Assembly (NCBI GenBank): GCA_023443725.1
Contig: JAEZTF010000010.1
Coordinates: forward strand, 29,948 to 93,947
Source: Candidatus Parcubacteria bacterium
GTDB taxonomy: Bacteria > Patescibacteriota > Microgenomatia > UBA12405
Length of the DNA stretch: 64,000 bases
Direction of reading: 5' to 3'
Positions within the stretch are counted from its first letter, which is position 1. Every line of letters begins with the position of its first letter. The notes beneath the pieces were generated by a model. The model was not told the origin of the DNA. It ran no database searches and saw nothing but the letters and a program-made list of their open reading frames with translations. Shown in pieces: positions 57,788 through 64,000 of this stretch. A program made the position numbers and the translations under genes.

Positions 57788-58747
57788 ATGGAATTAATAA
57801 AAAAGATTTTTAAATCAAAAATATTGAGGTTGATTTTTTCGGTGGCATTAATTTATTTTGCTTTTAGAAAAGTAGATATCAAAAGTTTATTGAGCCAATT
57901 AATAGGAATTAAATTATGGTTTGTGTTGGTGGTTTTGGTGATTTCTTTAATATTAAACTTATTAATTTCTTTTCGTTGGAGTCTACTTTTAATTAAGAAA
58001 CCAAAATTTAAAGATGTATTGGTGTTTTTCAAATCGAGTATGATGGCCTCGTTTTATGGTTTAATTTTACCTTCTGCAGCAGCCACAGATGTGGTTAAGT
58101 GGTTGTTGATAGATCAAAAATATCCTCAAATACCAAAAAGTAAAATGCTAGGTTCAGTTTTTTTGGATAGAGTAATTGGATTATCAACTTATATTTTTGT
58201 GGGTTTAGTATTTATTTTAATAGCTAAATCAAAAGGTATTTTGATTCCAGATATGATTTTTTATGCCATAGTTTGTTTAGTAATAGGGTTTATTGTTTTT
58301 TATGTTTTTATTTATTTCTTTGATCTTAAAAAAACAATTTTTAGATTTAAAATTTTTAAAAAATTTGAAAGCGTTGGTGAATTGGTCAATAGAGAAAATT
58401 TACCTCAAATTTTTAAGGGAATGTTGGTGGCGGTTTTTAGTGAATTTGGTTGGGTGCTGCAAACTTGGTTTATCTCTTGGTACTTTGGGGCTAATTTAAG
58501 CGTTTTTTCTATCTTAGTTTATATTCCAATTATTTCTTTGATATTAATATTACCAATTTCAATTGCTGGTTTTGGAGCTAGAGAACAATTATTTTTATTT
58601 TTCTTTTTGCCAGTTGGGGGAAAAGCGGAAGGAGTTTTGTTAACATCAGCATTTGGAGGGATATTGGGAATATTAATTTCTTTATTGGGAGGATTAATTA
58701 CTTTAACTCCTGAATTTAAAAATAATTTAAAGGATAAATTAAAATGA
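57788..58747 (+). CDS. Flippase-like / lysylphosphatidylglycerol-synthase-TM-domain (UPF0104) membrane protein.
   Basis: Eight TM helices. Its N-terminus ILRLIFSVALIYFAFRKVD is typical of the family, which is commonly found beside GT2 genes. Confidence 0.6.
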   Translation: MELIKKIFKSKILRLIFSVALIYFAFRKVDIKSLLSQLIGIKLWFVLVVLVISLILNLLISFRWSLLLIKKPKFKDVLVFFKSSMMASFYGLILPSAAATDVVKWLLIDQKYPQIPKSKMLGSVFLDRVIGLSTYIFVGLVFILIAKSKGILIPDMIFYAIVCLVIGFIVFYVFIYFFDLKKTIFRFKIFKKFESVGELVNRENLPQIFKGMLVAVFSEFGWVLQTWFISWYFGANLSVFSILVYIPIISLILILPISIAGFGAREQLFLFFFLPVGGKAEGVLLTSAFGGILGILISLLGGLITLTPEFKNNLKDKLK

Positions 58748-59169
58748 ACGAAGATTTTCAAAAGTTCCATATTTCCGTAAAAGGTTTAATAAAATTTGAT
58801 AATTCATTTCTTTTACTCCAAGAACATGATGGTATTTGGGAAGCTCCAGGTGGAAGAGTAAATGAAGGAGAATTATTAAAAGAAGCTTTATTAAGAGAGT
58901 TAAAAGAAGAATTAGATTTTAATTTATCATTAGACGATATAGGAAATTTATTTGAATTTAATCAAAGATATGATTATAAATTGGGTAACGGTTGGTGTTT
59001 GATGACTCTTTTTTTTGAAATTTCATTAAAACAAAAATTGGAAATTAATATTAGTGATGAACATGTTAACTTTGTTTGGGTAAAAAAAGATACTGATTTA
59101 AGTAAATTTGTTTTTAAAAACCCAATTCAAAGAGCTATATTCGAGAATTTTAAAAATAATTTGAAATAA
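58744..59169 (+). CDS. NUDIX hydrolase.
   Basis: Nudix box GIWEAPGGRVNEGELLKEALLRELKEELD. Confidence 0.8.
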   Translation: MNEDFQKFHISVKGLIKFDNSFLLLQEHDGIWEAPGGRVNEGELLKEALLRELKEELDFNLSLDDIGNLFEFNQRYDYKLGNGWCLMTLFFEISLKQKLEINISDEHVNFVWVKKDTDLSKFVFKNPIQRAIFENFKNNLK

Positions 59170-59203
59170 TTGACATTGTTTTGATATTTGTTAAAGTATT
59201 TTT

Positions 59204-59290
59204 AGTTTGTCGAGAGAGTCTTAAAAAAGACTAGCAACCGAGCCTCAAAGGGGTCACGGTGCAATTCCCTACTTGGGAGGACAAGCCTTT
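59204..59290 (+). ncRNA. Candidate SAM riboswitch (SAM-I clan or SAM-I/IV-like variant) in the metK leader.
   Basis: P1 TTTGTC...GACAAG. The junction GAGAGAG matches the SAM-I J1/2-P2 AGAGAGG. The strongly conserved core elements GCAACC and GGTGCAATTCC (SAM-I GGUGCYAAUUCC) are present, and a P4-like hairpin TCCCtacttGGGA follows. It lies downstream of a TTGACA(59170)-16-TAAAGT promoter. Confidence 0.5.
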
Positions 59291-59313
59291 ATAAATTTAA
59301 ATAAAGGAAAAAT

Positions 59314-60432
59314 ATGAATTATTCCCTATTTACGTCAGAATCAGTTTGTGCTGGTCATCCCGATAAAATTTGTGACCAAATTTCAGATACTGTTTTAGAT
59401 ACTGCTTTAGAAATTGATAGAAATTCAAGAGTTGCTTTAGAAACTTTAGTGACCACTAATAAAGTAATAATGGCAGGCGAAGTGACTTGTAGTAAAAAAT
59501 TAGACTATGGACAAATCGCAAAACAAGTAATTAAAGATTTAGGTTATACTAATCCTCTTTTAGGTTTTGATACAAATGCAGACATAGAAGTATTGGTTCA
59601 TCAACAATCAAAAGATATTGCAATTGGAGCCGATAATGACGGTGCAGGTGATCAAGGAATGATGTTTGGTTATGCTTGTAATGAAACACCACAATTGATG
59701 CCATTATCAATTATGTTGTCACAAGAATTATGCAAAAAAATGGATAAACTGCAGTTTGAAAGATTAAATTATTTAAGACCAGATGGTAAGGCAGAAGTGA
59801 CAATTAAATATAATCAAGGAAAACCAGTGGAAATAGTAAAAGTGGTTTTGGCTAAACCAATGGATCTAATAGTTGAAGATACTCAAGCAAAAAAAGATTT
59901 GTATGAATTGGCTGTGTTGCCAATTTTGGAAAAATATAAACTTAATAAAGTAAGCGTAGAAAATGTAATTTTAAATGGTACAGGTAGATGGGAAATTGGT
60001 GGACCAGCAACAGATACTGGAGTAACTGGTCGAAAAATTGTAGTCGATACTTATGGTGGTATGGGACGAATTGGTGGAGGATGTTTTTCAGGTAAAGATC
60101 CAACAAAAGTAGATAGAAGTGCAGCTTATGCTGCTAGATTTATTGCCAAAAATGTAGTGGCTGCAGGATTGGCTGATCGTTGTGAAGTCCAATTGGCCTA
60201 TGTAATTGGTGTTAGAGATCCAATTTCAAAAGCAATTGAAACTTTTGGAACAAACAAAAAAGAAATAAATAAAATTGAAGAATTTGCTTGGAATTTAATG
60301 AATTTATCGGTTAAAGGAATAATTGATAAATTTGATTTAAAAAGACCAATTTACAAAAATACAGCTAGATATGGTCATTTTGGATATGATGAATATCCTT
60401 GGGAACAAATCAAAACCCCTCTGTCTCGATAA
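59314..60432 (+). CDS. metK: S-adenosylmethionine synthetase.
   Basis: FTSESVCAGHPDKICDQISD, GGGCFSGKDPTKVDRSAAYAARFIAKNVVAAGLA. Confidence 0.95.
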   Translation: MNYSLFTSESVCAGHPDKICDQISDTVLDTALEIDRNSRVALETLVTTNKVIMAGEVTCSKKLDYGQIAKQVIKDLGYTNPLLGFDTNADIEVLVHQQSKDIAIGADNDGAGDQGMMFGYACNETPQLMPLSIMLSQELCKKMDKLQFERLNYLRPDGKAEVTIKYNQGKPVEIVKVVLAKPMDLIVEDTQAKKDLYELAVLPILEKYKLNKVSVENVILNGTGRWEIGGPATDTGVTGRKIVVDTYGGMGRIGGGCFSGKDPTKVDRSAAYAARFIAKNVVAAGLADRCEVQLAYVIGVRDPISKAIETFGTNKKEINKIEEFAWNLMNLSVKGIIDKFDLKRPIYKNTARYGHFGYDEYPWEQIKTPLSR

Positions 60433-60472
60433 ATCGAGACATCTCCCCTTGAAAAAGGGAGAAGTCTTAAAA
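60425..60472 (+). terminator. Tandem hairpins after metK.
   Basis: GTCTCGAtaaaTCGAGAC and TCTCCCcTTgaaaaAAGGGAGA are followed by a T-rich tract. Confidence 0.5.
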
Positions 60473-60489
60473 TCATTTTGATGATAAAA

Positions 60490-60551
60490 TTTACTAACTA
60501 AATTATTTATTTATTGCTAATAGCTAATTAACTACTAGCTATTTACTAATC
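60490..60551. repeat. TAGCTA/TAATTA-rich palindromic block upstream of galE.
   Basis: GCTAATAGCTAATTAACTACTAGCTATTTACTAAT is an imperfect inverted partner of 61533..61565. It contains stop codons in all six frames. Confidence 0.55.
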
Positions 60552-61532
60552 ATGATTTTAATTGTTGGTGGAGCGGGATATATCGGATCCCATATTAATA
60601 AAGAATTAAACAAACAAGGTTTTAAGACAGTAGTTTTTGATAATTTATCTTCTGGAAAAAAAGAATTGGTTAAATGGGGTGAATTTTTTGAAGGCGATTT
60701 AGGAAACATTGAAAATATCAGAGAGGTTTTTAAAAAATATCCAATTGAAGCAGTATTACATTTTGCTGCTTTTAAAGCAGTTGGTGAATCAGTCATTGAT
60801 CCGCAAAAATATTATCAAAACAATGTGGCTAATACTTTAAATTTATTTAAAGTGATGTTGGAAAACAATGTGAAGAAATTTATTTTTTCTTCTTCAGCAG
60901 CGACTTTTGGTGAACCTCAATACATCCCAATTGATGAAAAACATCCACAAAGTCCAATAAATCCTTATGGTGAAACCAAATTGATAGTGGAACATATTAT
61001 GCGAGATTATAGTAAAGCTTATGATTTTAGATATATATCTTTAAGATACTTTAATGCTTGTGGGGCTGATTTAGACGCAGATGTAGGTGAATGGCCCGGT
61101 AGTAGTTCAAATTTAATTCCATTAGTTTTAGATGCAGCAATTGGTAGACGAGAAGATATCAAAGTTTTTGGGACTGATTATGAGACACCAGACGGTACTT
61201 GTGTTCGTGATTATATTCATGTAACTGATTTAGCAGATGCTCACGTATTGGCTTTGAAATATTTAATGGATGGCAAGGAAAGCCAATGTTTTAATTTAGG
61301 AAATGGTAAAGGATTTTCAGTTAAAGAAGTAATTGATGCAGCCAAAAAAATAACTGGAATTGATTTTAAAGTTACTAATGCTGACAGACGAGCTGGTGAT
61401 CCTCCAACTTTGGTGGCTGATGCAAAATTGGCCAGAGAAGTTTTGGGTTGGAATCCACAATATGCTGATTTAGAAACTATTGTTGCCAGCGCGTGGAAAT
61501 GGCACCAAAAAGTATGTAAGCTAATTAGCTAA
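60552..61532 (+). CDS. galE: UDP-glucose 4-epimerase.
   Basis: MILIVGGAGYIGSH (NAD-binding GxxGxxG), YGETKL (YxxxK), 326 aa. Confidence 0.9.
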   Translation: MILIVGGAGYIGSHINKELNKQGFKTVVFDNLSSGKKELVKWGEFFEGDLGNIENIREVFKKYPIEAVLHFAAFKAVGESVIDPQKYYQNNVANTLNLFKVMLENNVKKFIFSSSAATFGEPQYIPIDEKHPQSPINPYGETKLIVEHIMRDYSKAYDFRYISLRYFNACGADLDADVGEWPGSSSNLIPLVLDAAIGRREDIKVFGTDYETPDGTCVRDYIHVTDLADAHVLALKYLMDGKESQCFNLGNGKGFSVKEVIDAAKKITGIDFKVTNADRRAGDPPTLVADAKLAREVLGWNPQYADLETIVASAWKWHQKVCKLIS

Positions 61533-61565
61533 TAGCTATTAGTAAGTAGCTAGTAAATAGAAAAA
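61533..61565. repeat. TAGCTA-rich palindromic block downstream of galE.
   Basis: TAGCTAATAGCTATTAGTAAGTAGCTAGTAAATAG contains the palindromes TTAGCTAA, ATAGCTAT and CTAGCTAG. Confidence 0.55.
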
Positions 61566-61575
61566 TAAAAAACAA

Positions 61576-62118
61576 ATGAAAATAATTAAAAAATACCAAA
61601 GTTTATTTTTATTTTGTGGTGGTTTTTTAATTGCTTATTTATTATTTAATATTTCTTTAATTAAAGATTTCTTCTTAGGTTTAGGGAGTTTTGGTTATAT
61701 CGGTGCATTTTTGGGTGGTTTAATGTTTGCTTATAGTTTGACGGTGGGAATTGGAGTAGCAATTTTATTCACTCTGGTAAAAAGTATGTCGCCTCTAACG
61801 CTATCTTTAGTAGCGGGTTTTGGTGCTATGTTGGGAGATTTGTTGGTATTTAATTTGGTTAGGAAAAAGCTAAAAACAAAAATATCTAAATTTTATAATT
61901 TGTTAGACAAAAAAAGTTTTTTAAGAAAAATATTAGATAACAAAAAATTTAATTGGATATTACCTTTGTTTGGTTTATTGATAATTGCTTCACCATTTCC
62001 AGATGAGTTAGGAGTAGCTTTGGTAGGAGAATCAAAAATGGAGGAAAGTCATTTTAAATTGATCGCTTTTTTAATGAATGCGATTGGAATTTATATATTG
62101 ATAGGAATGTTTAAATGA
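61576..62118 (+). CDS. Hypothetical small polytopic membrane protein.
   Basis: About 4-5 hydrophobic helices. It overlaps the next gene by 4 nt. Confidence 0.4.
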   Translation: MKIIKKYQSLFLFCGGFLIAYLLFNISLIKDFFLGLGSFGYIGAFLGGLMFAYSLTVGIGVAILFTLVKSMSPLTLSLVAGFGAMLGDLLVFNLVRKKLKTKISKFYNLLDKKSFLRKILDNKKFNWILPLFGLLIIASPFPDELGVALVGESKMEESHFKLIAFLMNAIGIYILIGMFK

Positions 62119-63497
62119 AAATAAAAAATATTGGCATAGCCACATTAGAAAAGGCACCTAAACTTAGAAAAATGGTTGGGCCAAGTTTTATTTTGTTGGG
62201 ATTGGGTTTGGGTAGTGGAGAATTAATTTTATGGCCTTATTTATCGGCTAATTTTGGATTGGGTATTATTTGGGCAGCAGTTATTGGAATCACTTTTCAA
62301 TTTTTTATTAATATGGAAATTGAAAGATATACATTGATAAATGGAGAAAGTGTTTTTGTTGGTTTGGCTAGAAAATTTGGGACAATCTCCCCTGTTTGGT
62401 TTATATTGTCGACGATTATTCCATGGATGTGGCCAGGAATAATATTATCTTCGGCAACTTTAATTTCTCATGTTTTTGGAATTAAATATGCTGATTATTT
62501 AGCGATGGGGTTTTTAATTTTAATTGGTTTAATTCTTAGTTTAGGAAGAGTTTATAAAACTCAAGAAAAATTACAAAAAATTTTGATCTATGTTGGAGTG
62601 CCATTAATTTTAGTTTTGGCTGGATTTTTGGCCAAAGGACATGATTGGCAAGCATTAGCTAACGGTCTAGTTGGGCATGGAGATAATTTTTGGTTTATAC
62701 CAGCTGGTTTGTCTTTGATGACTTTCTTGGGAGCTTTTGCTTATTCTGGAGCTGGTGGAAATTTAAATTTGGCTCAATCTTTTTATATTCGAGAAAAAGA
62801 ATATGGGATGGGTAAATATGGGACTAAAATTACCTCCCTATTGAGAAAAAACAAAACCAACTTATCTTTGGAAGGTAAGACTTTTTTGATAAATAAAGAA
62901 AACTTAAAAGTGTTTAAAGATTGGTGGAAAAAAATAAATTTAGAACATATGTTGGTATTTTGGTTGACTGGAGCGACGACAATTTTAATGTTGAGTTTAT
63001 TGGCTTTTTCAACTGTTTACCAAACAACAAAAGGAGCAAGTGGTATCAACTTTTTGTTTGAAGAAGCAAATATGATTAGTCTTAGTACTTGGTCAATAGT
63101 TGGGACAATATTTTTGGTATTAGTAGGAATTATGTTATTTTTTACCCAACTTTCGGTGATGGATGCCACAGCTAGAATAAATTCAGAAAACTTAGTAATT
63201 CTAAATCAAGATCGATTTAAAATAGAACATTTGTCGTACTTTTATCATGCTTTTTTATGGGCGCAAATAATTTTAGGGATAATAGTTTTGTTGGTAGGTT
63301 TTGATCAACCTCTTCAATTAGTCACTTTAAGTGCTTTCTTAAATGCAATGACGATGTTGGTTTATACGATGGCGATTTTGTGGCTAAATCAAAAAACTTT
63401 AGCTAAAGAACTAAGACCAGTATGGTGGCGAAAAGCAATATTGGTTTTAATTATTTTGTTCTTTACTAGCTTTACTGGATTGATTTTATTTAATTAA
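62115..63497 (+). CDS. Nramp (MntH)-like divalent metal transporter homolog with a non-canonical first motif.
   Basis: GPSFILLGLGLGSGELILWPYLSANFGLGIIW aligns to the Nramp TM1 region GPGFL...DPGN, but DPGN is replaced by GSGE. About 11 TM helices. 460 aa. Confidence 0.45.
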   Translation: MKIKNIGIATLEKAPKLRKMVGPSFILLGLGLGSGELILWPYLSANFGLGIIWAAVIGITFQFFINMEIERYTLINGESVFVGLARKFGTISPVWFILSTIIPWMWPGIILSSATLISHVFGIKYADYLAMGFLILIGLILSLGRVYKTQEKLQKILIYVGVPLILVLAGFLAKGHDWQALANGLVGHGDNFWFIPAGLSLMTFLGAFAYSGAGGNLNLAQSFYIREKEYGMGKYGTKITSLLRKNKTNLSLEGKTFLINKENLKVFKDWWKKINLEHMLVFWLTGATTILMLSLLAFSTVYQTTKGASGINFLFEEANMISLSTWSIVGTIFLVLVGIMLFFTQLSVMDATARINSENLVILNQDRFKIEHLSYFYHAFLWAQIILGIIVLLVGFDQPLQLVTLSAFLNAMTMLVYTMAILWLNQKTLAKELRPVWWRKAILVLIILFFTSFTGLILFN

Positions 63498-63499
63498 AA

Positions 63500-63787
63500 T
63501 TATCTAGCGATAAAGTTGATATTTAAATCACAGTTCAAAGCTTCCCCAATTCTTTTTAGTGTTTTGAAAGATGGATTAGCAGATGAAGATTCTATTCTAG
63601 AAATAATTGCTTGAGTTGTTTTGGCTTTTTTAGCCAATTCTACTTGAGAAATTTTTTTCTCAATTCTTAATTCGATAATTTTTTGAGAAAGTTGATATTC
63701 TGCTTTTAATTTTTCCCAAGCTTTTTTAAACTCTGGATCCTTAAGACTTTCTTTTAGATGATTTTTAAAATTATATTTATGGTTCAT
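63500..63787 (-). CDS. higA: XRE-family HTH antitoxin (HigA-like).
   Basis: C-terminal HTH ISQVELAKKAKTTQAIISRIESS. It is encoded immediately downstream of the toxin gene. Confidence 0.7.
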   Translation of the reverse strand: MNHKYNFKNHLKESLKDPEFKKAWEKLKAEYQLSQKIIELRIEKKISQVELAKKAKTTQAIISRIESSSANPSFKTLKRIGEALNCDLNINFIAR

Positions 63788-63824
63788 ATTTGTACTTGAA
63801 TTATATCTTTTAAGATATAATTGT

Positions 63825-64000
63825 CAACTATTTAATTCCTTTAATCTTTTTAAAGCGATATTAATTTCTTTTTGCGGTGTTTTTTGAGTTTTCTTTAAAA
63901 ATGCATGCAATAAAGTAATTGAATTTTGTTTTTCAGCAAAATATAAAATTCTGGTACTTTCTTTACCAAATATTTTTATTTCCCATAATGAAGTTCCATT
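63825..64000 (-). CDS. higB: HigB/Gp49-like RelE-superfamily toxin. It is partial because the N-terminus lies beyond the window.
   Basis: Reverse-strand translation ...NGTSLWEIKIFGKESTRILYFAEKQNSITLLHAFLKKTQKTPQKEINIALKRLKELNS* matches the PF05973 core (RilYf...ivLLhgF.KKtqKTP..ei..A..rl). Confidence 0.7.

Noticed and set aside
38379-58770. Short ORFs inside glycan-locus genes (38379..38570, 40010..40219, 41617..41829, 43332..43523, 48244..48447, 49635..50197, 51697..52304, 52799..53035, 54545..54778, 55701..55967, 56155..56340, 56931..57176, 58293..58770).
   Set aside because: Embedded or antisense, low complexity, with no RBS or start context.
60539-60796. 85-aa minus-strand ORF across the galE start.
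   Set aside because: Antisense to the galE Rossmann motif and spurious.
1-64000. CRISPR arrays, rRNA genes, transposases or integrases.
   Set aside because: No regularly spaced direct repeats, rRNA-like conserved blocks, or DDE/tyrosine-recombinase motifs were seen anywhere in the window.

Overview
This is an AT-rich (about 30% GC), gene-dense bacterial window, mostly coded on the minus strand. The reduced, archaeal-flavoured gene content looks like a Candidate Phyla Radiation/Patescibacteria-type genome; this is an inference (examples: type-2 IleRS, alpha2-type GlyRS, PMT/ArnT-like GT-C enzymes, LysM proteins). The window holds four blocks.

(1) Positions 1-19 kb carry housekeeping and accessory genes: GNAT, HAD, YibE/F-like, ndk, ArsR, a LysM protein, tRNA-Gly(CCC), tRNA-Thr(CGT), a small glycan module with a GT2 interrupted by one in-frame TGA, a secreted lipase with a Pro/Thr linker, apt, ispG, tRNA-Val(CAC), lepB, an orphan parB, rpmA, rplU, a SEDS protein and ileS.

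(2) A co-directional 17-gene division/cell-wall (dcw) cluster runs from about 36.2 kb down to 19.4 kb: rsmH, ftsL-like, ftsI, murE, an ATE/Bpt-like aa-tRNA transferase homolog, murC-like, murA, mraY, an NlpC/P60-like gene, a fold-type-II PLP enzyme, a Ddl-like ATP-grasp, ftsW, murG, ftsQ-like, ftsA and ftsZ. A convergent LysW-like zinc-ribbon gene sits opposite the mraY end. No mraZ, murD or murF is recognisable in the window. This non-canonical peptidoglycan-precursor module is the most interesting candidate for an undescribed system.

(3) glyQS has a T-box-like leader. It is followed by a roughly 21 kb surface-glycan locus: two tandem GT-C paralogs, recO-like, DUF4012-like, a small PglC-like phosphoglycosyl transferase, manC, many GT4/GT2 genes, an O-antigen-ligase-like protein, an LbH acetyltransferase, DUF192 and a flippase-like protein.

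(4) The last block holds a NUDIX gene, metK preceded by a SAM-I-clan riboswitch candidate, galE flanked by palindromic TAGCTA-rich repeats, an Nramp-like transporter, and a higB/higA-like toxin-antitoxin pair cut by the window edge.

No CRISPR array, rRNA or obvious transposase was seen.
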